From: a virus
Virus record (IMG/VR): IMGVR_UViG_3300032224_001676
Location: 1-64,000 of that record
Reading direction: 5' to 3' (one strand)
DNA: 64,000 bases
Positions 1-8,332 of the stretch are shown piece after piece (position 1 is the first letter of the stretch; each line of letters begins with the position of its first letter). The notes under the pieces were generated by a model. The model worked only from the letters and a program-made list of their open reading frames with translations, was not told where the DNA came from and ran no database searches. The position numbers and the translations under genes were made by a program.

Positions 1-112
1 CTATCTCCTATACGATGAGAACAGTTACTTGAGATTCGCCTGTACCATAATAGTACAGCTGGTACGATCTCAGAGGCTTACTGTGTTTTACGATCCCCTC
101 GCGAGCGGGGCT
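1..112 (-). ncRNA. candidate structured RNA, probably truncated by the window edge
   Basis: GC-richer non-coding stretch with nested stems: 21-25/80-84, 30-35/67-72, 40-45/53-58, plus a hairpin 95-98/107-110. Confidence 0.35.
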
Positions 113-290
113 AATTATTTTTCTTATGTGAATACATTTCATATATTATCCAATATATAAATGATGCTGGTGCTAATAATATTAATGATAGTACTATGTT
201 TGGTGGTAATAATACTAGTACTGTTGATACTCCTACTACCGCTAACATTGTTCCTATTGCTTTTAGGTGTGTTTTTATTTTATTATTCAT
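111..290 (-). CDS. small membrane protein (59 aa)
   Basis: Hand-translated MNNKIKTHLKAIGTMLAVVGVSTVLVLLPP...; two hydrophobic segments; ATGA overlap with the upstream gene. Confidence 0.6.
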   Translation of the reverse strand: MNNKIKTHLKAIGTMLAVVGVSTVLVLLPPNIVLSLILLAPASFIYWIIYEMYSHKKNN

Positions 291-457
291 TTTTCAATAT
301 GATTATAAATTAATTTTAATATCCAAGCGTTTTCATGCTCATATACACCACATACAATACCTGCTTCTTCTTCGGTGTCATAGTATTTTATAATACCATC
401 TTGATCCTTCATGAAGTCCATAGTCCTTAGATCTATGATTACGTATTTACCTTCCAT
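287..457 (-). CDS. hypothetical protein (56 aa)
   Basis: Hand-translated MEGKYVIIDLRTMDFMKD...; tightly packed between neighbours. Confidence 0.6.
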   Translation of the reverse strand: MEGKYVIIDLRTMDFMKDQDGIIKYYDTEEEAGIVCGVYEHENAWILKLIYNHIEK

Positions 458-460
458 AGT

Positions 461-655
461 TTAAAGATTTTCTAGTTCTTGTTTAACTTCTTGCCAATAC
501 TTTTTTAACACTCCTGTTGTTGTGCCTTCTAAAAGTCCTGTGTTAATTATCTCATCTACTGCTATTAAAGCGCATGGTACGGCTAAATCTGTATCATAGC
601 CTACTTGTTTAAGCATCTTGCTTACTAACTGTTCTGCTTTTTCTTTTGCTTCCAT
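461..655 (-). CDS. hypothetical phage protein
   Basis: ORF track; AKEKA...CALIAVDEI...YWQEVKQEL pattern of small phage proteins. Confidence 0.7.
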   Translation of the reverse strand: MEAKEKAEQLVSKMLKQVGYDTDLAVPCALIAVDEIINTGLLEGTTTGVLKKYWQEVKQELENL

Positions 656-666
656 AATTATTTAAT

Positions 667-927
667 TTAGAATCGTGCTAATGGGTCTGATACTGTAATG
701 CCACCATCCTTTTCACCACGCGATGTTAACATTTGTTCCTGTGGTATTACTTCTACTACGACTCCATTAGTAGTGAATTTACCACCTTGTTTTAATAACT
801 TTGTAAATAGTGCTTCATGTTTCGCTTCCCATGTTTTACTTGCTTCTAAAACAACTTGTTTGTCTACAATATGACCATCAAATTTAATGGTGATACCTTT
901 TCTAATCGAACGTGATGATAATGCCAT
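667..927 (-). CDS. hypothetical protein
   Basis: ORF track; directly downstream of a promoter copy. Confidence 0.7.
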   Translation of the reverse strand: MALSSRSIRKGITIKFDGHIVDKQVVLEASKTWEAKHEALFTKLLKQGGKFTTNGVVVEVIPQEQMLTSRGEKDGGITVSDPLARF

Positions 928-950
928 AACTTTTATTTTAATTTATACTA

Positions 951-982
951 TAAAGATAATATAATATACTTAAGAATCCAAG
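951..982 (-). promoter_or_regulatory. class A phage promoter (CTTG-N20-TATCTTTA)
   Basis: One of about 18 copies with fixed spacing; resembles the Bacteroidota -33 TTTG / -7 TAnnTTTG promoter. Confidence 0.7.
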
Positions 983-1005
983 TCTACTTTAATAAAGGTG
1001 TTAAT

Positions 1006-1134
1006 TTACTTTTCATCAAATAAATCTTTCCCATCATAATCAGGGTGATTTTTTTCCATATAATTTATTCCTCGAACCATCAACACTGCTATTATAAGTG
1101 CTAATGTGAATGAAATAATTGCTGCTGGTATCAT
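1006..1134 (-). CDS. small membrane protein (42 aa)
   Basis: Hand-translated MIPAAIISFTLALIIAVLMVRGINYMEKNHPDYDGKDLFDEK. Confidence 0.55.
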   Translation of the reverse strand: MIPAAIISFTLALIIAVLMVRGINYMEKNHPDYDGKDLFDEK

Positions 1135-1145
1135 AATTTTTATTT

Positions 1146-2162
1146 TTAGTTTGATAATGGTGCTTTAATTGCTGGGTGTGATTGATAATTTTCTAACTTA
1201 TAAACTAACTCAACTGGGTTTAAACTACTATGTTCTATAATTAGCTTGGGTAACTCAAATGACTCTCTAGTTAATTGTAACTCAGCTTGCTCAATGTGGT
1301 TGTTATACAAGTGCACATCACCTAAATTACCAATCAATTCATCAGGTACCATATTCACTTCATCAGCGATCATAGTCAATAACAATCCATAACTTGCAAT
1401 GTTGAATGGTAAACCTAAGAATGTATCTACTGAACGTTGATTCCACATTAAAGAGATTGCTCGGGTTGGGATGTTAGGATTATCTTCATTTAACATCCCC
1501 CAACTATATTTTTCATATTGAGTCAACTCTCGGGTATAAACTTGAAATCCATAATGACAAGGTGGAAGTACCATTTGGTCTAATTCACCTACGTTCCAAG
1601 CATTAACCATTAATCGTCTTGAGTCTGGGTTTGTTTTAAGGTCATTGATTAGGTTTGCGATTTGGTCAATTTGTGTGTTTCCGCCTACGTAATCTTTAAC
1701 GTGCCATTGTTTCCAACTTCTCCATTGTGCCCCATAAATTGGACCTAAATCTCCCCACTTCTTAGCAAACTCATTATCTGTTTTGATTTTGTTAATGAAT
1801 TCTTCTTTTGATAAGTTATTATAATGCCCTGCAGGTGATATATGTGTCTCAGTCCCATCATCATTCTTAACAATCTTGGTTTTTGTATAATTCTTATAAG
1901 CATCACCATCCCAAATATGACAATTGTTATCAACAAGGTATTTGATGTTGGTATCACCTCTTAAAAACCATAGTAATTCAGTTACCATAGTTTTGAATGC
2001 CATCTTCTTGGTTGTGAGTAAAGGAAATCCTTCACCCATGTTATGACGAATCTGCCAACCAAAAATTGATTTGGTTCCAGTGCCAGTTCTGTCTTTCTTT
2101 TCTACTCCATTACCTAGAATATACTCTAGGAGCATTTGGTATTCTTTATCTAAATTGTTCAT
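1146..2162 (-). CDS. thyA: thymidylate synthase
   Basis: DRTGTGT, FPLLTTKK, ELLWFLRG, LPPCH, NQRSVD and GLPFNIASY motifs; start placed at MNNLDKEY. Confidence 0.97.
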   Translation of the reverse strand: MNNLDKEYQMLLEYILGNGVEKKDRTGTGTKSIFGWQIRHNMGEGFPLLTTKKMAFKTMVTELLWFLRGDTNIKYLVDNNCHIWDGDAYKNYTKTKIVKNDDGTETHISPAGHYNNLSKEEFINKIKTDNEFAKKWGDLGPIYGAQWRSWKQWHVKDYVGGNTQIDQIANLINDLKTNPDSRRLMVNAWNVGELDQMVLPPCHYGFQVYTRELTQYEKYSWGMLNEDNPNIPTRAISLMWNQRSVDTFLGLPFNIASYGLLLTMIADEVNMVPDELIGNLGDVHLYNNHIEQAELQLTRESFELPKLIIEHSSLNPVELVYKLENYQSHPAIKAPLSN

Positions 2163-2181
2163 AACTATAATATAATAAATT

Positions 2182-2919
2182 TTAATTGTATTTCCAAATA
2201 AATCCAAAAGCTGTTTTTTGTTTTCCTCTACAACAACTTGTAATACTAGATGTGTCTTTTTCCTTTCCTATAAATTTACTAGCTTCTTTTATTTTATTCC
2301 ATTCTTTAATAAAATTTCCATTTAAATCATATTGAAGCACAGATTGAGATTTTTTTGTAGGTTTACCTAGTTTTTTATCTTTAATCATATGTTTCGTTTT
2401 TTCAAGATGTTTATTTCCTTTATTTTTTTGGCTTATTTTATCTTTAGTTATTTGAGAGTGTTTGTTTCCTTTATGAGAAAGAGACATCTTTTGTTTAGTT
2501 TCATCAGAAGCTATCCTCCCCACATTTCTTGTAACTCCTTTATTTGAGGAGCTTATTTTTTGTTTCAATTCAGGGGTCATAAAGTTTTTAGGTTTAGGTA
2601 CATTTCTTATAGTATTTGAGAAATTAGTTCTTAGATACTCAAACACCCGACTTGATACTTTATAATCTGAGTTATGTGATTTTCTAAACCCAGTAGCCAT
2701 TACCCATACAGAGTATATTAATTTTTTATTTTTAGGATAAATTTCGCAAAGTAACCTATGACATATAAAATGTTCTCGCGCTGTTAACTCAACTAAATTA
2801 GTTTTATCATTTAAACCACCCATGCATTTAGGAATAATATGATGTCTTTCTTTATAACCATCTAATTTACGATTTTGGGCTCGTTCTATAATTTGATTGT
2901 ATATTTTTTGGTAGTTCAT
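2182..2919 (-). mobile_element. free-standing HNH homing endonuclease with NUMOD3/NUMOD1-type DNA-binding repeats
   Basis: ERHHIIPKCMGG..NLVELTAREHFICH; HSQITKDKIS-type repeats; C-terminal VLQYDLNGNFIKEW...CCRGKQKTAFGFIWKY. Confidence 0.9.
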
Positions 2920-2938
2920 TTTTTATTATAAATATACA

Positions 2939-4033
2939 CTATTCATATTCCTCACGCCCTATTTTAATCACATACGGAAAACGAGGAATTCCATCTGGTG
3001 TTAAGTTAAAGTACTTAACTGTAGCTGACTTACCAATTAATTCATTTTTATTGTTCCACATCGCCTTACATTCCTCCCAATTAAATTTAGGTGATGAATT
3101 AAATATATGTCCTGTCTTACTCTTAAATATAAATGAACCTACCATCCCAGTTTTGTTACCTAAACCTTCAACTATATCTAATATAGTATATTCCTCGTCT
3201 ATAAACGATTTATATTTAAGTAATGACTTGGAACGTTTCGATTCATATTTTTTATCTAAACGTACCATTAACCCCTCATATCCCTCACTAACATAATCAA
3301 TATACCATTTATCAACCCACTCAGCTGTATGAACGATACTTGTTCTTACTAACACACAACACTTAGGTAAAGACATTTTATTTAAGGCACTATGTCGCTC
3401 ACTAAATATACCATCATGACTAGGTAAATCATAAATGTGATATTGAATTGATTCTTTACTTTTAGCTAAATCATTACTTGTTGGTTTAGTTTTCTTAACC
3501 AATGAACAAATAGCGTTAAAGTCATTTGCAAACTTATCAGCATACAACTCACCATCAAATATCAAATCAGGATTAGATTCAAATAATGGTTTTAATGATT
3601 CAAAAATATGAGGTGCTGAGATAATTTTCTTACCATTTCTACTCCACATACCATCCGCTCTAACAATACATCTAATACCATCTAATTTAGGTTGACTATA
3701 AACTGGGTATTCAATTTTGTCTTTATGGTCTTCAAATTTATGAGCTAACATTGGATTAAAAAACTTAGGTGTATCAATATCATCTATTGATTCATAACTA
3801 CCTAACTCTAATTTTTTAGTCCACATCGCTTTAGCTTCAGCTAATGCTTGTTGTTCAGGTGTAGTCTCATTTTTCTTCCCAATGTTCTTACCAGCACAGC
3901 ATGTCCATTCAGAGGTGGTTTTAATTCCATCTGTATAACCTGATATTGTTCTAAAACAATTATCTAATGTTTCAACGGTCCATTCATTTGTTTTACCGTT
4001 TACTGCTCTTTTGTATAATGTATTTAATTTCAT
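2939..4033 (-). CDS. lig: ATP-dependent DNA ligase
   Basis: PMLA, QPKLDGIRC (KxDG adenylation motif), FDGELY, EGYEGLMVR, LLKYK, GIPRFP. Confidence 0.93.
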   Translation of the reverse strand: MKLNTLYKRAVNGKTNEWTVETLDNCFRTISGYTDGIKTTSEWTCCAGKNIGKKNETTPEQQALAEAKAMWTKKLELGSYESIDDIDTPKFFNPMLAHKFEDHKDKIEYPVYSQPKLDGIRCIVRADGMWSRNGKKIISAPHIFESLKPLFESNPDLIFDGELYADKFANDFNAICSLVKKTKPTSNDLAKSKESIQYHIYDLPSHDGIFSERHSALNKMSLPKCCVLVRTSIVHTAEWVDKWYIDYVSEGYEGLMVRLDKKYESKRSKSLLKYKSFIDEEYTILDIVEGLGNKTGMVGSFIFKSKTGHIFNSSPKFNWEECKAMWNNKNELIGKSATVKYFNLTPDGIPRFPYVIKIGREEYE

Positions 4034-4037
4034 ACTA

Positions 4038-4069
4038 TAAAGATAATATATTTTATTTAAAAATCTAGG
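4038..4069 (-). promoter_or_regulatory. class A promoter, CCTAG variant, abutting the ligase ATG
   Basis: TATCTTTA-TAGT-ATG; same spacing as the other copies. Confidence 0.6.
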
Positions 4070-4083
4070 TTAAAAGATTAAGG

Positions 4084-4335
4084 TTAAACTCCATCTTCAA
4101 ATGAATAATCTTCATTCATACGGGATTGTGTAGTGCTTATATACATTTCGTTAAAGTATTGTTCTGCTCTACCCATGTTAGGATCAAAATTTGTCCCCAT
4201 AGAATCGTATACTGCTTTCATGATCTGTTGTTTCTCCATTTGTTTGGCTTTATCCAACAACTCAATCAAGTCAAACACATCCATACTTAGGTCTATGTTT
4301 TTTTCTAACCATTCAACTGCTGTTTGTTTACTCAT
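4084..4335 (-). CDS. KQTAVEWL-family small protein
   Basis: MSKQTAVEWL...KAKQMEKQQI; paralog of the genes at 4826 and 5145. Confidence 0.75.
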   Translation of the reverse strand: MSKQTAVEWLEKNIDLSMDVFDLIELLDKAKQMEKQQIMKAVYDSMGTNFDPNMGRAEQYFNEMYISTTQSRMNEDYSFEDGV

Positions 4336-4610
4336 CTTGATTCTTTATCTAATTTAATTATCATGATTACAGCATTATAGATGAACAGGGTAATACCCAT
4401 AAACACCCATATGTAATGACGGAATCCCCAATGCCGTGTAGGACCGTGAATAGCAGCTGGGCCATATAAACATCCTTCTTGTTTATAGTAGTTACCTCCA
4501 TCACAATACCAGTCTCCAAAAAACTCGGGAAAAGAATCAGGAATAAAAGACATGAACATTATTATACTAAACAGTAGGACTATCCTACCCATAATTTTAA
4601 AGTGTTTCAT
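4332..4610 (-). CDS. two-TM membrane protein
   Basis: Start placed at MKHFKIMG; two hydrophobic helices. Confidence 0.65.
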   Translation of the reverse strand: MKHFKIMGRIVLLFSIIMFMSFIPDSFPEFFGDWYCDGGNYYKQEGCLYGPAAIHGPTRHWGFRHYIWVFMGITLFIYNAVIMIIKLDKESR

Positions 4611-4836
4611 CTTGACCTCCAAAATCTCTTTGTATTTTTTCATTAATTGCATCGGCAATGAATTTACCTACTTCATCTTGAAATGCTTCTGCTTCCTCTT
4701 CGGTTTTGAACTCATGTTGTAGTGCACCCCATCCTCTTACTTCACCAATTAGTTGGTTACCATCAGGATGTTTAGCCCATAAGTATTGTCCATAGTCATC
4801 GTAAAATGCATCACTAAGCCATTGTTTAATTGTCAT
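4597..4836 (-). CDS. hypothetical protein
   Basis: Start placed at MTIKQWL, coupled to the upstream stop. Confidence 0.65.
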   Translation of the reverse strand: MTIKQWLSDAFYDDYGQYLWAKHPDGNQLIGEVRGWGALQHEFKTEEEAEAFQDEVGKFIADAINEKIQRDFGGQDETL

Positions 4837-5152
4837 TGTTACCTCCGTAAGTTTCGTTGTACCATTTATCAAATTCATATCCTCTTGGATAATGGTCTGC
4901 AATAAGATGAGCTTCTTTCATCTGCTCCTTTTCCATTTGCTTGGCTTGTTGAATCTCCTCATCAGTTAATACGGGAGCAAAACCATCCTTGTTTAGTATG
5001 CTTACTAAAAAGTCAACCGCAGTTTGCTTACTCATTGCTACCTTTGTATATGTTATTGTAGCAATTGTGTGTTCAAATTTTTGTTTACCGCAATGCTTAC
5101 AAATTGTAGCAGATGATGTGTCGGTTCTTGATTCAAATATGCAATTACTCAT
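4826..5152 (-). CDS. KQTAV-family protein with N-terminal Cys/His (Zn-ribbon-like) extension
   Basis: MSNC...CKHCGKQKFEH fused in frame to MSKQTAVDFL...QAKQMEKEQ...YNETYGG. Confidence 0.7.
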   Translation of the reverse strand: MSNCIFESRTDTSSATICKHCGKQKFEHTIATITYTKVAMSKQTAVDFLVSILNKDGFAPVLTDEEIQQAKQMEKEQMKEAHLIADHYPRGYEFDKWYNETYGGNNDN

Positions 5153-5528
5153 TGTTCCCTCCATAAGTTTCGTTGTAGTAGTTCTTAAAAGCATCTTCAG
5201 ATTCTGAATTGTCTAAACCTTTCATTTTTTCAATAGCATACTTAAGTGCGTTTACCCAAGTAAGTGCGTGTTGATACTCTTGACCTTTACTGTTATCCGA
5301 AGATTCAACTTCCACTTCTTTACTTTTGTAATAATCTTCAATAGACTCATACTTAAAATAAACACCATCGTGTTTAACAGCACATATCTGTGCCTCTTTA
5401 AATATCTCAGCCTCTTGCTCCTTCTCCATTTGCTTGGCTTGTTTAATAGCACTAATTAAACCTCTCTCAGATAATCCAAGATTGATTTGCCATTCCAACC
5501 ATTCAACCGCAGTTTGTTTCTTTTCCAT
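5145..5528 (-). CDS. KQTAVEWL-family protein
   Basis: KQTAVEWL, QAKQMEKEQ and YNETYGG blocks. Confidence 0.75.
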   Translation of the reverse strand: MEKKQTAVEWLEWQINLGLSERGLISAIKQAKQMEKEQEAEIFKEAQICAVKHDGVYFKYESIEDYYKSKEVEVESSDNSKGQEYQHALTWVNALKYAIEKMKGLDNSESEDAFKNYYNETYGGNNE

Positions 5529-5530
5529 AG

Positions 5531-5623
5531 TTATTTAGATTTAAAGTTTTTATGCTTTAATATAATGACTCCTAATACCCACCCCAATACAAAACATAAA
5601 ATGCATTCTGTAATTGTTACCAT
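5531..5623 (-). CDS. 30-aa transmembrane microprotein
   Basis: MVTITECILCFVLGWVLGVIILKHKNFKSK; exactly fills the space between two junction motifs. Confidence 0.6.
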   Translation of the reverse strand: MVTITECILCFVLGWVLGVIILKHKNFKSK

Positions 5624-5629
5624 AGTTAT

Positions 5630-5794
5630 TTAGTTTTTAGTTTTAAAAAATTTAAAGACCTCTATTTTTTTCTCTCCTTTTAATCCATATTCAAGGAAGT
5701 AAATATTTTTTTTCAAGGATATTGATGAAAAACCGTTCCCAATTTGTAAGTGGTAATACCAAAATCTAATATGTATTAACGAGCTATCTCCCAT
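5630..5794 (-). CDS. hypothetical protein (54 aa)
   Basis: MGDSSLIHIRFWYYHLQIG...KTKN; fills the space between two junction motifs. Confidence 0.6.
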   Translation of the reverse strand: MGDSSLIHIRFWYYHLQIGNGFSSISLKKNIYFLEYGLKGEKKIEVFKFFKTKN

Positions 5795-5800
5795 AGTTAT

Positions 5801-5983
5801 TTAGTTTTTAGTTATGTCAGTCCATTCCCATCCTAAGCATACCTTCATCATTGTACGATGAAAGAAGTTAGGTTTTTTTGTAAAGGAGATACACACTCCA
5901 CCATAACCTCCTATGCAATACTTACCTACATATGGAAGATGTTCTTGTGCCTTAACTGATACTAATGGTATTGTATTTTCCAT
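5801..5983 (-). CDS. hypothetical protein; paralog of the C-terminal part of 7235..7486
   Basis: Shared YVG.YC.GG...CISF.KKPN.FHRTMMKVCLGWEW. Confidence 0.7.
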   Translation of the reverse strand: MENTIPLVSVKAQEHLPYVGKYCIGGYGGVCISFTKKPNFFHRTMMKVCLGWEWTDITKN

Positions 5984-5985
5984 AA

Positions 5986-6369
5986 TTATTTAGTTTTAAA
6001 AATCTCTATTAGCTTTTGTAGGCAAGCTAATTCAGCCTCTTCGTAGTCTAAAAAATTTACAGCATCATCAACATACACACCATCTTTAAAAATGTAATAC
6101 ACATAAGATTCATCGGGTAAAAATGGTTTGCCGTTTTGTTTTTCAGATACAAATGGTTGTACCCAAGCATCAATATTATGCTTCTCTCTAAACCATCTAA
6201 ATACTTGTGAGTATAGTGGTGCTAAACAGAATCCTTCTAAAGATGATTGAAAATCTACTCTTTGGATATGTAAATCCCCATTATTATAAAATCCCCCAAA
6301 ACAAGATTCACTAAACGCAAGTTGCTTCAACTCTAAAGCCAACTCGTAGGGTACAAATTCTTGTTTCAT
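5986..6369 (-). CDS. hypothetical phage protein
   Basis: EFVPYELALELKQL...APLYSQVFRWFREKH...YEEAELACLQKLIEI. Confidence 0.75.
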   Translation of the reverse strand: MKQEFVPYELALELKQLAFSESCFGGFYNNGDLHIQRVDFQSSLEGFCLAPLYSQVFRWFREKHNIDAWVQPFVSEKQNGKPFLPDESYVYYIFKDGVYVDDAVNFLDYEEAELACLQKLIEIFKTK

Positions 6370-6371
6370 AG

Positions 6372-6566
6372 TTATTTAGTTTCAGATTTAAATTCATGTG
6401 TTTGTTGTCCAAAAACGTCATCTATCACACTTTGTGTATGACCATCTAATTTTAATGCTAATTCAAGAGCATCTTTGATTGCGTAACGGTAAGTACAATG
6501 TTTAGTGTCAATAGTTACAATTGCACTTTGTCTTTCCTCGTTTGTTCTGTCAATGATAATTTTCAT
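6372..6566 (-). CDS. hypothetical protein
   Basis: ORF track; bounded by junction motifs. Confidence 0.65.
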   Translation of the reverse strand: MKIIIDRTNEERQSAIVTIDTKHCTYRYAIKDALELALKLDGHTQSVIDDVFGQQTHEFKSETK

Positions 6567-6589
6567 AATTATTTAGTTTTTATTTATTT

Positions 6590-6850
6590 TTAGTTTAATA
6601 AGGTTGATAAATATATTCCTAAGTAGCTTCCGCATACTGATCCTAACACATAACCAACCCATTGGTGTAAGGCATCTTCACTTCTTGCAATTTTTCTAAT
6701 AATAAAAAACGAGAGTGAAGCCAACATAAAATCAGTTACAGCTGCTTCATGATAGTCGGTGTTAGCCACCGCTCTATAATTTATACAAAGTAGTGAATAG
6801 CTTACTATTTGAATACAAAATAGTAATAAGGCTTCTTTGAATTTTTTCAT
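6590..6850 (-). CDS. three-TM membrane protein
   Basis: Start placed at MKKFKEALL; hydrophobic segments; GSVCGSYLG. Confidence 0.65.
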   Translation of the reverse strand: MKKFKEALLLFCIQIVSYSLLCINYRAVANTDYHEAAVTDFMLASLSFFIIRKIARSEDALHQWVGYVLGSVCGSYLGIYLSTLLN

Positions 6851-6866
6851 ACTTTTTTGTTTTTTA

Positions 6867-7178
6867 TTATAATTCACGATATTTCTCAATCATCTCTTCA
6901 CTAACGTGAAAAGAAGGTGATGATTTGCTTTCAGAATAAGTTTTTCCTACACGTTTAGGTCCTCCTGCATCATCACTTAACATTACTTCATTTGTTGAGA
7001 AGTTTGTACCTCTTTCATTGTACCATTCAAGAGCTTGATTATATGTCTTATAATGTTTACTCGTTCTTGGCCCATAACCATCCTCCCAGTTACCCCAGAA
7101 TGTTTTAGTTTGACCTACATAATCTACTGAACCATCGAAATTAGTTCTCTTTACAATTCTTTTTTGTCTACAAAACAT
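6867..7178 (-). CDS. hypothetical protein
   Basis: ORF track; class A promoter at 7202-7233 upstream. Confidence 0.65.
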   Translation of the reverse strand: MFCRQKRIVKRTNFDGSVDYVGQTKTFWGNWEDGYGPRTSKHYKTYNQALEWYNERGTNFSTNEVMLSDDAGGPKRVGKTYSESKSSPSFHVSEEMIEKYREL

Positions 7179-7234
7179 AACTTTTATTTTTTATTTATAC
7201 TTAAATATAATATCAATTATTTGGGAAGCCAAAT

Positions 7235-7486
7235 TTATTTTTTATCTTTCCATTCCCATCCCAAACACACCTTCATCATTGTACGATGAAACCAGTTAGG
7301 CTTTTTTTCAAATGAAATACAAAACCCATTCTTACCCCCTAAACAGTACGCACCAACATAATTAGGTATTGCAGATATACACATTGATGCGTTGTTTTGA
7401 ACTACATTATCAGCATACTCACTAACTTGTTGTTTGATATGTTCTGGTGTCTCGTTCATTAGACGTTCTACTGTTTTAGTTTTCAT
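7235..7486 (-). CDS. hypothetical protein; paralog of 5801..5983 with an extra N-terminus
   Basis: Shared ~40-aa domain and near-identical DNA block. Confidence 0.7.
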   Translation of the reverse strand: MKTKTVERLMNETPEHIKQQVSEYADNVVQNNASMCISAIPNYVGAYCLGGKNGFCISFEKKPNWFHRTMMKVCLGWEWKDKK

Positions 7487-7823
7487 CTTCTAAATTTATG
7501 TTTGTTAGTTCAATGAGTGCTTCTTTTTGAGTATCCACTTCATACTTTGTTGTTGGATAAAATTCTACACAATATACCTTTACATGCTCAAGCTCTAACC
7601 CACCATTGAGATCATCTACTTCATAGATATGATGTCCTTCAAGTTCATCTGGGTATTTGCTGTTGTTACCTACCCATTCAATGTATTTTGCTTTATTATC
7701 TGTTCCTATTCCATAGTACTCATCTATACCATCTTTAAGATCTTTCTCTGTATGGGCAGTTGCTATTGGTTTGCCGTAGTGTGATAATGCTACGTATGTT
7801 ACTCTTATATATGTTCTGGTCAT
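7476..7823 (-). CDS. hypothetical protein
   Basis: ORF track. Confidence 0.65.
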   Translation of the reverse strand: MTRTYIRVTYVALSHYGKPIATAHTEKDLKDGIDEYYGIGTDNKAKYIEWVGNNSKYPDELEGHHIYEVDDLNGGLELEHVKVYCVEFYPTTKYEVDTQKEALIELTNINLEDEN

Positions 7824-7935
7824 AATTTTTCTATTTTAATTTGAACTCTACCTGAACTAATCACCTCAATTATTTTTTGAGCTTCCTTCCAATTCTTACA
7901 TCCACTCAAATTGATTTTGATTACATTTCGTTTCT

Positions 7936-8331
7936 TCATAACCATCCTTGTTGTTTTAAAAATGCTAAAAATGACCTAAACTCATCTACATCTTCTCTAC
8001 TCATGCCATCTCCAACTAATAATGTATTAATTGACTCAGGATTATTTTCAAGTATTCCTCTAAACCAAAACATACTATCCCAGTGATCTTCTACCCATGG
8101 TTTAATACGCTTGTCAGTGAATTTGATATCAATAGTATCATAGTATTCACCTTCTTCAACAAATAAACCACTCTTTGCTGTAATGGTTGCTTCATAGCAG
8201 AATTTATCTGTTTCATATACAAACCCTTTAAAGCCAGTTACATCTTCTCTCTCTAATGGTTTTATTTCTTGTGTTGGTTGGTTATCTTCTCGAGTGTACC
8301 ATACCCCATTTATTTGTATTCTATCTTCCAT
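7936..8331 (-). CDS. hypothetical protein
   Basis: Start placed at MEDRIQINGVWY, just after the upstream stop. Confidence 0.7.
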   Translation of the reverse strand: MEDRIQINGVWYTREDNQPTQEIKPLEREDVTGFKGFVYETDKFCYEATITAKSGLFVEEGEYYDTIDIKFTDKRIKPWVEDHWDSMFWFRGILENNPESINTLLVGDGMSREDVDEFRSFLAFLKQQGWL

Positions 8332-8332
8332 A

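Larger units (their letters stand above)
5526..6576 (-). repeat. six copies of the gene-junction motif CTAAATAA[C/T]TATG
   Basis: Copies at 5526, 5621, 5792, 5981, 6367 and 6564 (plus-strand cata[g/a]ttatttag). Confidence 0.8.

Noticed and set aside
2182-2919. Intron in thyA or the ligase gene
   Set aside because: Both flanking genes appear complete; the endonuclease is free-standing
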